Positions 39,300-50,899 of a stretch of DNA of 64,000 nucleotides are shown here, piece by piece. The DNA is taken from the NCBI GenBank assembly GCA_964187785.1, contig OZ076411.1:8122001-8186000 (forward strand). The letters run 5' to 3'. Each line of letters opens with the position of its first letter. The stretch's first letter is position 1. A program made the position numbers and the translations under genes. The notes beneath the pieces were generated by a model. That model saw nothing but the letters and a program-made list of their open reading frames with translations, searched no databases and had not been told where the DNA came from. Source of the DNA: Amphiscolops sp. MND2022. Taxonomy: Eukaryota.

Positions 39300-41230
39300 C
39301 ACTGTCTTACAGCAAAAAAGCCACATGGCCTAGTTTAGCGTCAGACCCTCAATCTTGGCCGCTTTTAGGAAGTGCTTCAGGTTTTCTTGGCGTTCTTGCT
39401 CGGAGCTGCCTGCAATGATCACATCATCAAGATATGGATGCATTCGCTTCAGGTAGTACCAGCGCACAAATGCTGTGCTTTCTCGTTGAATGGCCGATAC
39501 AGCGTTTGTGACCCCAAAGGAAAGTATGGTGAACTCAAAAAGACGTCCAATTACTTCACACGCGGTGAATGGCATGTCCTTGCGTTGGAGTGGGATTTGA
39601 TGATACGCAGACTTCAAATTGAGTTTCGAGAAAACAGTGTTCTCAGCTGGTTGATCAAGCAGGTCTTGCATATTTGGAAAAGGAAACGCATCCTTGGACG
39701 TATGACAATTTATTGTCTGCGAATAGTCGATCACCATCCGTGGCTTGGGACCGTCCCTAACGACAAGCCTTGTGCCCGCCAGGGAGACGTTGAAACTTGA
39801 ATGATGCCCTCAGTGAGCATGCTAATGAGTGAACATTGGACTCCATGAAAGCAACTTCTTGCAGTTTGTGCCGGCGCGATTTTGTAGCGATTGGTTTTGC
39901 ATTATAGACTGAACTGGAGAGTATGATCGGAGGGGCGATTTTTATTTCCGGGAAGACCAATTCATTGATCCTGTCACATATAACAGTCTCTGGTCGATCA
40001 CCACCTAACTCCAGTCTGACAGAGTGGTGTTGTCAGAAAACGCCAAGCCCGACAAAAACATCCGCAACAAGGTGTTTTGCGATTGTGAAGGTAACTTGGT
40101 AGGTCAAGACAGTCACCTTGCGTTTCGCGCGGACCTTCAGACCATATTTGGCAGATGTTGAGGCGCTGTGGACCCGGTATCAATCATCGCTTGAACTTGT
40201 TCATCGCTTCCACCAAGTTTGAGGTTCACATTTATATTCTTAGGCGGCAGTCCAGTACTTCACAAAAGATTTGCAGTCTCGAATTTGTCATCAGATGACT
40301 GTTGCAAGTCGGCAGCGGTCGATCCACATACCAACGCCCAGAGTCCTGCTTTGGAGCATTTGTGACAAGTGTCATATGTGGCTGGGCACTTTGAGCGTGG
40401 GTGCTGTTTTAGATCGCAGAACTGACAGCGCAGACAAGGCTTGTTCGCGACCTGTTGGGCAATGGACGTGCCAGTTCGATCAAGTTGTCGCCGTGTTTTC
40501 TGAGAGAACAGCTTGGCCGCAGCTACAAGTGAAGATTCAGCGCTTCGAAAAGTTTTCGAAAAATCACTGGAAAGTTCGATAGCACATGCAAGCGATATGC
40601 AGCTATCGATGTCAGCCTTGGAGTCTTCCAGCTCCAACAGTCTTGTCCGAATATCGTCAGAACTGAGCCCCAATAATAAGGCGTCTCGTACTAGATAATT
40701 TTGATGTGCTTGGACGGTCAGACTGGTGCTTTCGCAGTCCTCAACAAGTCGTTTCAGCCTTCCAGAAAGCTGAACGATGGGTTCGTTGTCTGTTTGACTG
40801 GCACTGAGCATTTGATGACGGGCAAAGAACACTCTAATGGGCTTCAACTCCTGTCTGTCCAACGTTCTCAGTGCGTCTGCAAACGTCGGAGAACTTTTGA
40901 GGAGGGTGAAATAGTCGGTGCTGACAATTTTACGAAGGTAAACTAATTTGTCAGCATCTTCGGTTGTGCCGCTGATTCGTAAACCGTCCTTGAAACATGT
41001 TGTCCGCCATTTCTACTTCTCGCAAGAAGGAGTTGATGGCAACTCGGGTGGTTTGAACTTGATGAGCGACAGAAGAAGGACTACAGCGCTTCAACAATTG
41101 CTACGAGGAACTGAAGAAAGTACGGTAGTAGCCGAATTGACAACTGTTACGAGGAACTTAAGGAAGTAACGTAGTAGCAGAATAGTGAAGTCGCCTCCCT
41201 GAAGACACCTTACGTGACTCAGCGCAGGCA
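39300..41230 (-). mobile_element. Degraded Ty3/Gypsy retrotransposon (gag and RT fragments)
   Basis: Gag with LVRDALLLGL…RTRLLE and Cys/His knuckles; RT …SAYHQIP…FGVTNAVSAIQR…YLDDVII. Confidence 0.85.
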
Positions 41231-41299
41231 GTTCCAATGAACCCGACGCCACTCGTATGTTTGAGGGTGACTTCGTTTGTCAATCTAAGGACAGAAGGC

Positions 41300-41788
41300 T
41301 TTCTGAAGTACTCGATTCTTCGAGATAGAGCGAATTTCGCTGACGGCTTTTGGCTCGAGGTGGATGGCGTCTCTGGAAGTATGCTTTTCGACGCTCTAGA
41401 TGCTTCCCGATATGCCTCTCTAAACCAACCGGCGATCGTTGTTGCTCTCTAGGAGTCGATTTATTTAATCTCTTGGCTTGGTCAGGGATGTCTAGGCGGG
41501 GGAAACCGCGATACCGATGATCCTGAATGCAACTTCGGAGGCTGCTACAGCAAGGTCGGAGATGTTCCTGTCAAGAAATTGAGTTTTCCTGGTTGGTAAG
41601 TCGTTGCCTCTGACGAGGAGCACGATCAGAACGTACCGACCGTTTGCAAGTAAGAAGGGTCTTACTTCTTCAACATGTGCACCTGGCAGGACGAGGATAT
41701 TCGAGTTACGGATTGTCAGGTTCCTTCCTTGCGAATCCGTGATAATCAGGTTACGAGTGGGCGAGGTCTTGAAGTGGTGATCAAGCAT
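41300..41788 (-). pseudogene. SGNH/GDSL hydrolase-like relic
   Basis: IITDSQGR (block I), PGA (II), GNDL (III); manual translation near 41370 gives RDAIHL (block V, DxxH). Confidence 0.6.
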
Positions 41789-41876
41789 GAGGAATTATCA
41801 AATAAATTTAACGTGAAGAAAAACATTACTTGCTGGAAGTTTCTATTTGATAAGCATTCATCTGAAGCATACATAC

Positions 41877-42076
41877 NNNNNNNNNNNNNNNNNNNNNNNN
41901 NNNNNNNNNNNNNNNNNNNNNNNNNNNNNNNNNNNNNNNNNNNNNNNNNNNNNNNNNNNNNNNNNNNNNNNNNNNNNNNNNNNNNNNNNNNNNNNNNNNN
42001 NNNNNNNNNNNNNNNNNNNNNNNNNNNNNNNNNNNNNNNNNNNNNNNNNNNNNNNNNNNNNNNNNNNNNNNNNNNN
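41877..42076. other. Assembly gap (200 N)
   Basis: Run of N. Confidence 1.
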
Positions 42077-43162
42077 AGTTGTTGTGTAATTTGTTCTGAC
42101 GTACCACATTTAACAATTTTTTAAAAACATAAAATTACAGTCTAAGCTATTAGAGTTTGAGTTTGTTGGTAAATCATTTCGATTTTTGGTTACATTACGA
42201 ACTATGTGACCTCTGTCTTTCACAGTTGTTTGTCAAGTAACCCAAATGTTTCTCAACAGGTTATTAACGCTTCCAATGTTCTGCTGATTTTATAGATTTT
42301 CGGGGTTGAGAGTATCTTTTACGAGCTATAAAACTACATTCAGTGGATGGAAGTTCTTCGTTCTGATATACTGACCGGATGAACTGGTGACTCGAAAACG
42401 TTTCGAGGTTCGAGTGCTGGAGGACTTTTGTTTCCGTTTTCGGAATTTGAAGTTTTAAAGGGTTACAATCGCTGTACTACTACAGATATGCCCTCGGATT
42501 ACTGAACTGCATTAACTTTCTTTGTGTAGCCTTGGTATTTCGAGTTTTTCAACGAACTATGATTTCGAGGATTTTTGAAAAAACAACGCGGTGTGATTTC
42601 GATAAAAAACAAGAAACAAAAACGAATTATTTCAATAAAATAACAACGAGATGTGATTTGGAGTATTATCAACGCCATTACAGACACATCCCGGTAACGA
42701 AATAGCAGGATCCCAAAGATAATTCAGCATTTATTGACAAAGGCTACTTTGAAATTTAAACTATCAGCACTAGACAGTCACCGTACCATCTCTTTTTAAT
42801 TAAATGATTTTTCTCACTAACGTGTTGTTAGTTACTTGGTTAAACCAACCATCTGTTAGTTGGTTTACTAAATCAACCAGTAATTGCTTAGATGGTTACT
42901 TAGCCAGGTACAACTTGTTAAAACGTTCCTTACTAATTAGGTGGTTAATTTAGTGAAAGTATAAATAACAGTGCGAGAAACCAAAAAACAAAGCAAGTTG
43001 TTCGTACATAGAAATAAAAGACCCTGCCAATGAAGTTGAATTCTTTTTTTACCCGGTCCATATGTCCCGGGTCGGTCGTTTCAACCATTCGATCTCAAAC
43101 CAACACGACAAATCAGGTGCTGATTAACACACTGTTGCTATTTATATTAACCACATTAACCA

Positions 43163-43444
43163 ATGTCTGAAACTTGCGCTGTCTGTCAAGAGAATTTTTC
43201 TAACGGAGTGTGGATTCTCCACGACCAGCCTAACCACGTCCTGTGCAACGAGTGCCGTCAAGCCAGGATCCGAGTCCTCGAAAAGTAAGTTTCACAGAAC
43301 CCGTTTTAAAAACTGTTTTCGAAGCTGTTTTCACTTTGATGAATAACCATTGTGATTTACAGGGAAACCACTTACCGGGCCTTTCGGGTGGAGTGCCCTC
43401 TATGCAGAAAAGATGACTTCCCACTCATCATAAAGCGGTCATAA
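43163..43444 (+). CDS. 67-aa RING-variant protein, two exons (43163-43284, 43363-43444), apparently intact
   Basis: MSETCAVCQENFSNGVWILHDQPNHVLCNECRQARIRVLEK-ETTYRAFRVECPLCRKDDFPLIIKRS*. 78-nt intron GTAAGT…TTTACAG, phase 2. Confidence 0.8.
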
Positions 43445-43530
43445 ACATCATAAAGGCCAGTTGTCGTGGACTAAACTGTTTGATTCAACTTTTTTAAATT
43501 TGAAATGAATTTGAAATTCAATCTCAAAAC

Positions 43531-44325
43531 AAAAACAACGGGACGTGATTTCGATTGTTTTCAACAAAAACAACGGTATATGATTTAGGATAATTCCGAA
43601 AACAACAACGGGATGTGACTTGGATTTAATTTCAAAAGAAACAACGAGATGTGATTTAGGACAATTACAAAAACAACGGGATGTGATTTCGGATAATTTC
43701 AAAAAAACAACTGGATGTGATTTCGATTGATTTCAACAAAAAACAACGGATGTGATTTCGGATATTTTCAAAAAACAACGGGAATTTTTTTGATTGATTT
43801 TAACAAAAAACAACGGATTTTATATCGAATATTTCCAAAGAACAACGGGATGTGATTTCGATTAATTTCAACAAAAGCAACGGGATGTGATTTCTATTGA
43901 TTTCAACAAAAAACAACGGGATGTGATTTCGAAAATTTCAAAAAATAACAACGGGATGTGATTTCGATTGATTTCAACAAAAAACAACGGGATGTGATTT
44001 CGGAAAATTTCAAAAAATAACAACGGGATGTGATTTCGACTGATTTCAACAAAAACAAATAATGGAGTGTGCTTTCGGATAATTTCAAAAAACAACAACG
44101 GGATGTGATTTCGACTGATTTCAACAAAAAAAACAACGAGATGTGATTTCGAAGAATTTCAAAAAAACAACGGGTAGTAATTTTGATTGATTTTAACAAC
44201 AAACAACGGGGTGTGATATCGAATCTTTTCAAAAAAACAACCGGATGTAATTTCGATTGATTTCAACATAAACGTGATGTGATTTCGGATAATTCGAAAA
44301 CAAAAACAACGGGATGTGATTGCGA
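43531..44325 (+). repeat. Tandem array of motif AAAAACAACGGGATGTGATTTCG with variable A-rich linkers (array 1)
   Basis: About 20 units of about 30-40 bp between the convergent RING and JmjC genes. Confidence 0.95.
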
Positions 44326-44347
44326 GTGTTTTTAACAAAGTCGCGTT

Positions 44348-47300
44348 TCATTGTTGAAGCCATTTCTTGATGTCGGCCCAGCGCAGATCCGTCATTGTCT
44401 CTGAATAATAGTAGAGAAACTCATGCCATGGGTGCGATGTCTGCGATAGGCGATTGATTATTTCAAGCATCTTCCGAAGAGCGACTTTGCTGTTTGGGTC
44501 CGAACAGTATCGGTAAGACCACTCGCGGTATAGATGTATGACTACCAATGGTGCGAAATGAGGAAAGCTGAACTGATGTTTGAAGCCGTCCTTGATCCCC
44601 TTCTCGAAAGCCATAAATATGTTTTTCCACAATGAAATTACATTCAAACGCAATACTTTCCTCAGGGGTATAGACAAAGTGCATCCACCCACTCGGTAGG
44701 AAAAGACAGTCAACTCTTCTGAGCGCTACATGACGAACTGTCACTTGGTGATGGAAGCCAAAAAAAGTAGATGTTTTGAAGTCACTTCGTTGCCATTTGT
44801 CGAAAAGTTTTTGATTGCTTTCATTGTTTTCCAAAATGTAAAAATGTTTTCTGCCCTTGACAACAACGTAAAAAACAGATGTTCCTGTGAAGTCTTGATG
44901 CCAATTTGTTTGCGTTCCAGCCTCTGTCAGAAGCAAGTAATTACTGATTCCCGCTGTGAAATCATATTGATGTCGAAGAAAAGTGGGCAAAGCAGCCTTC
45001 ATGCGATGTCCATAAGAAATATTGCGAACGAGGTCGGGAGAAGAGAATTTATAGGACATATTGTTTAGATGGCCTTCAATGTCCAAATCGATCACGTTCA
45101 TTGGATGATAATCTGCTTGAAGCGTCTGGTTCTCGTTGTGAGTCAGCAGATCCATCAAATCAAACTCGTCCTCGACTTCTTGCAGAGAAGAAAAGCAAAC
45201 GTTTATCTTTCTTGTTAAAGGAAAGCCGTCCAAAACTTGACGAAAGCTCAACTCATCTTGGGGAATTTCAAGGCCAGGGAGAAGGTTTGTTCCATTCCGT
45301 ACCACAGCTGGTTTTAATTGACGAACACGCAATTCTGCTACTTCTTGAGAAGAAACATCTAAATCGTTGGTGGCGTCCTCCACGGCTGAAGATATAAACT
45401 GGTAAAATTGAGTAGAGCCAATTTCTACATCTTCGGGGGCAATCGCTGTGAAGCTTGTGATCCCAAGTTCTTCCTCGCCAGGTTGGATCTGAACTAAAAA
45501 TGATTGTTCTGCTGTTGCAAGTTCTTCCTCGCCAGGTTGGATCTGAACTAAAGTTGATTGTTCTGCTGGTGCAAGTTCTTCCTCGCCAGGTTGGATCTGA
45601 ACTAAAGTTGATTGTTCTGCTGGTGTAAGTTCTTCCTCGCCAGGTTGGATCTGAACTAAAGTTGATTGTTCTGCTGGTGCAAGTTCTTCCTCACCAGGTT
45701 GGGTCTGAAGTGAAGTTGATTGCGTTTGAATGTCCTTGCACTTCGCAGTTACTTGATGGCGAGTCAAGTCATGGCGCCTCGTTAACACAACTCCGCAAAA
45801 CTCGCACACGAACAAGTCTTTCTGTTTTTCTGAAAAAAACTTCTAAATGACCATTGCAAACGTTTTCTCTTCAATAAACAAAGTTACCGGGAGTTCACTA
45901 GATTTGCAAATTTTGTTTTCGACTAGTATTTTTTGAATTTCTAGAAACACACTTTTAGGTATTCAAAAAACTACGCGATAATGATACAGTTGGCTCTACT
46001 CAAAAACTGAAACTTGGTCGAATTGTCACAACAAATGACACGGTGTATTATCAAAACTTTGGATTTACTAGGTGGGGGAGACTCCAGGCTTTTGGGCTCG
46101 ATTCCTTGCCTTTTCGCAGCTTCACATCTCTGCAAGCAAGTCTTCTTAGACAAATGCTGCTTCAGACGTGTGGTGGTTGCGCAAACTAATCCACACTCGG
46201 GGCAAGTACAGTTTAGAACACTCTGGGACTTCCTATTCTGTTGCGCTGAAAAAGCAATCCTCTTTCAGATTTAAAAAAACTGAATAACAATACTGAAAGC
46301 GTACGCTTTTAAGTTTCTTGTTAGATATGTAAAAAGAAATATATTTATATGGACAATGACGTTTTAAAATGACAACTTAAAATCCTTGATGCTTTGAAAT
46401 GTCACAATATCAATTTGAAGATGTTGTGATTCCGAGTCAACGTGGTATGGTTGAGTAAAAAAACAACGTGATGTGATTTATCTTTTCAAAAAAACTTTAC
46501 AAAATGTCAAGTATTTTGAACGAAAAAACAACGGGATGTGATTTCGAGAAAAATTTAAAAAAAAAACAACGGATGTGATTTCGAGTAATAAAGAAAAAAC
46601 AACGGGATGTGATTTCGAGAAAATTCAACAAAAAACAACGGGATGTGATTTCGAGAACGTTCCACAATCGAAACAACGGGATGTGATTTCGAGTAATTCC
46701 AACAAAAAAACAACGGGATGTGATTTCGAGTAATTTCAACAAAAAAAACAACGGGATGTGATTTCGACAAAACTCAATAAAAAACAACGTGATGTGAGTT
46801 CGCAAAACGTTTCACGAAAAAAACAACTGGATGTGATTTCGAGTAATTTCAACAAAAATACAACGGGATGTGATTTTGAGTAATTTCAACAAAAAAAACA
46901 ACGGGATGTGATTTCGAGAACGTTCCACAATCAAAACAACGGGATGTGATTTCGAGTAATTCCAACAAAAAAACAACGGGATGTGATTTCGAGTAATTTC
47001 AACAAAAAAAAACAACGGGATGTGATTTCGACAAAACTCAATAAAAAACAACGGGATGTGAGTTCGCAAAACGTTTCACGAAAAAAACAACTGGATGTGA
47101 TTTCGAGTAATTTCAACAAAAATACAACGGGATGTGATTTTGAGTAATTTCAACAAAAAAACAACGGGACGTGATTTCGAGAAAATTCAATAAAAAACAC
47201 AACGGGATGTGATTTCGCAAAACGTTCCACGAAAAAAAAAAACAACGGGATGTGATTTCGAGTAATTTCAACAAAAAAACAACGGGATGTGATTTCGAAA

Positions 47301-47717
47301 CGTTCCACGAAAAAAAAACAACGTGATGTGATTTCGAGAACGTTCCACGAAAAACAACGGGATGTGATTTCGAGAACGTTCCACGAAAAAAACAACGGAA
47401 TGTGATTTCGTGTAGTTTCAACAAAAAAAACAACGGGATGTGGTTTCGAGAAAATTCAATGAAAAAACAACGGGATGTGATTTCCAGAAAATTCAAAAAA
47501 ACAACGGGATGTGATTTCCGGTGATTCCAACAAAAAACAACGGGATGGGATTACGAAAAAGTTCAACGCAGAAAACGCAGTTTCTAACTTTATTCTGAAT
47601 CGAAAACCTATTTTAAATATAATCAAGCTTACCCTGGCAAGACGCTTCATGTCGATTGTAGTACCATCTTTTGTTGGAGTCGAACTCTTTGAAGCAGTGA
47701 GCACAAGTGTACGTCAT
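44348..47717 (-). pseudogene. 3x C2HC zinc finger - 18-aa repeats - JmjC (KDM2/KDM7-like) gene; exons 47717-47633, 46245-46069, 45829-44348; one frameshift near 44620
   Basis: In-frame phase-1 splices (CAGG|GTAAGC; TTTCAG|CG; CCTA|GTAAAT; TTTCAG|AA). JmjC motifs TNWHQDFTGTSVFY, KGRKHF, LPSGWMHFVYTPEES retain H-x-D…H. The C-terminus continues in ORF 44348..44713 (FSFPHF). Confidence 0.85.
46459..47540 (+). repeat. Motif array 2, filling intron 1 of the ZnF-JmjC gene
   Basis: About 30 units of AACAACGGGATGTGATTTCG. Confidence 0.95.
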
Positions 47718-48699
47718 TACGTTCTGATTTGGAATATCTTGAATGACCAAATGATGGGGGAATGATGACCTGATGACAGTTGCTGTAGGTTGGTCAAAAT
47801 TTAGTTGATTAAACAAAAAGATAGAGGGTTGATGATCTGAAGACAGTTACTCTAGGATGATCAAAAGTTAATTGAATATTGTAAATGAAGGTGAAATGAA
47901 CTGATGACAGTTAGTCGATAGTTCCTTCCAAATAGGAGAGTCCTAGCGCTTCTCCAATTTGTAGTAGTTGTACTAAGTACTGTAAAAGTTTGTTTCAGGA
48001 TTTAATTGAGTTAACACAAAGTTAACGGAGCAAATCTGAAAACGTCTTGGTCGCTTTGAGGACAACAGTCAAATGAACATCGAATTCTTATTGTCCTCAA
48101 TACTTCTTTCCAGAATATTCTAGAACATTCGATTACTTCACAACTTTTCTATTCCGCTGCGCATGACTCAAAGTAGTCCCAATGAAAAGCAACGCGGAGT
48201 GATTTGTTTATTTAATTAACAACTGGTTACCTTTTTCTAGTCAATTTATTTGTTATTTTCGACGTTACTTTTGATTTCTGCTGCGAAGTCCCTGACTTTG
48301 TTCGTTTAAAAGTTAGCAAGAACAGTTTCTAGCATGAAATTAGTTTGCAAAAATTCGTTTGCATCACTAAAGCTTCTAGAACATTGTGTAAACCTTCAGA
48401 CGTAAACCTTTAGGAAATTGTAAAAATTATTTCCCGTTACTAGTTTTTGTTTAAGAATCTGATAGATACTGATAACTATTTCCTGTTTTCTGCTCGTTTT
48501 CTTTGAGGTCTCAGGTGGTTAAGAAATTTAGGGTTAGGATAAGAATGAATTATCGGTATCTGTTTTTAGTTGTTTCCGTCTTTTCGTTTTGGGGATTTCT
48601 TTGTTTCCGTTTTTCTTGTTTGTCCAGGTATCTCAGTTGTTAAACGTGTAATCAACGTGCAACGAAGTACAATGAACAATACATTTATCAAGTGACAAG

Positions 48700-49250
48700 T
48701 TGCATGCAATTACATATTATACACTCACGTCCAATTTGCTTGCGTAGACGAATTTTTACTAATTTCTTCACTCCCAAACATTTCTTTCACTTCAGGAAAC
48801 TGCCTAGTTCTGTATTTGATTTGATGAACTCGTCTATTATCCAGCACGATTCAAACGCAAGTTTGTTAGACGTGAGTGTATATTTGGATTTCCTGAGTTT
48901 TGATATGACTTCTTTCAGACAGACAATTCTGAAGATTCTTGCTTTCTTTGTTTCGGTTCCATGTTTCGGTTCCATGTTTCGTTTCAATGAGCTGTAAATG
49001 TAGAGTTGGGTAATAGAGGTTGAAGAAACCATAAATCAGCCGAAATTGTTGCTCGTGTTGGGCAATGGTGGATGAACACCCGCGAGATATAATTGTAGAG
49101 TTGGGTGATAGAGGATATCTATTGAAGAAACCATAAATCATCCGAAGTTGTTGCTCGTGTTGGGCAATGGTGGATGAACACTCACGAGATACAATGGTAG
49201 AGTTGGGCGATAGAGGGACGACGTAGATGCTTGCAGCCAGGTTGGGTTAT
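48700..49250 (-). pseudogene. Unidentified broken ORF with a ~33-aa tandem peptide repeat
   Basis: PLSPNSTI(V/I)SR(E/G)CSSTIAQHEQQ(L/F)R(M/L)IYGFFN twice, followed by frameshifted coding-like sequence (ORFs 48787..49032 and 48866..49141). Confidence 0.4.
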
Positions 49251-50899
49251 AAGGAAATATTTCGTAAAATAACAGTTCAAAACTTCGGAATCACAGAAAA
49301 TTCTGACATGAAATTCAGTTCACAATACAATAAGTATCACAAACACCTCAGAATCAAAAATGAGTTTTAGACTTCTGGAGAGTGTCTTACAAAAATCAGA
49401 TTGTTGGAAAAAATGTTTTGAATGTACAATTCAATAATTTCATCCCTGGCTGCAATTGTGACCGTCTGTGGGTTTCCTCATTGTTTCCTCAGCACTAACT
49501 GTTTGTAGAAACAAAGAAATGAAATTCAGCCGGGAGTGGCCCAAGTCAAAAACAGAAAGGTTGAGAAAAAATATGTATAGTGTCAAATACACTAAGGTGC
49601 ACAACACCGTTGGAAAAACTGATGCAAAGAAAGTATATAGAATTAGCAATATAGCCAATTAGCGGCCGCGCAATAGTTTTTATTACGACTAGAAAAACTC
49701 CCTTTATTCTCAAAAAGCTTAAACCTTGCAAAAAATCCCGACTTCCTTATTGACCTAATTTAGAGAGGGCTTTGTCCTGTCTCCTGAATACGACAGCGGC
49801 AAGCTTGATCTTCGTGTAGAGTCTGAGGTACTCGTCGTTTTTCAACGTGATTCCGGCCTCCTCACATCTCTTCTTAGTTTCCAACTCAGAGGCAGTCCCT
49901 CTTGTATCTTTGAACAGGGAGCAGGCCTTCTTGGAATCCTCGCTCCATTCGGGAAGACCCTTCCCGACTCTGAAGTTGGACATCGAAGTGTGGAACTTGG
50001 TGACCGCTTTGCCAACCGGTGAATCCCTTGGTGAGTTCCATGAATCCCGTTTTGGTGGGGCGCGAGGTATTTGTTGAGATTGTGACACCAGAGGCGTTTG
50101 CTGCGCACGAGGCAGTTGCTGCGCAGTCGCTGGAGGGGCCTCATGCATCGGGGGTGTCCTTACGGTAGATGTTTGAAAAGAGTCCCCGCCCAGATTAAAT
50201 CTGGCGACAGTCTCGACCTTCTGTAAACTGGGATAGAGTACTGGAAGTTCGGGCGACTCATCTTCCAAATCTGAGTCCAGCCGTTCATCAGGTGGGGCTT
50301 CTGACGATTTCTCGCTAAGACAGTCTTCGTCGTCTCTTCGATTCGCAAGTCGGTCAGAGTAAATGTCCAGCACGAGCGCTCTTTCTTCTTCCGTGCCGTT
50401 CCGATGCAAGTATTTCTCCCTCGCCGTCTTCTCGCTGTGAGCGGTCTGAGCGACGTGAGCTTTTGTGATACCATCGCTCACCTTGCTTTTTATAACGTTC
50501 CAGAGACGCTCCCAGAACTTCCAAATCGAATTAGCGTTATATCGCACTTTCTCGGGATTGTCTCCAAATAATTCCTGGAAACTTTCTTGGGGACCTCGAG
50601 AAATGCTTGTCTCCACCTTGTTGACGGACGATGCAAAAATGTATGAAGGCTCTGTATTGAATTCTTCGATGAACTTTGCCTTCATGGCCCTCAAAAACTG
50701 CCTTTGATCTGGTTGAAGGAAGATATGGACGGTATAATACTTGCCCGTTTTGTGGCTCGTCGTCAGGGCTTTGTCCGTCTTGTCAATTTCCTCAAATTCT
50801 TCCCAATTGAGGTTGAGAATGGGTCCGGATCTAGGTAAAAAGAATTTGTTCAGACAAGTATTTGGGAAAAATATGTTAAAGGTGTCATCTAGGATCGTT

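Noticed and set aside
41675-42124. ORFs containing X runs
   Set aside because: Artefacts of the 200-N gap.
43531-47540. Conserved repeat plus variable spacer arrays resembling CRISPR
   Set aside because: Spacers are short, A-rich and related to one another, the context is eukaryotic and intronic, and no cas genes are present.
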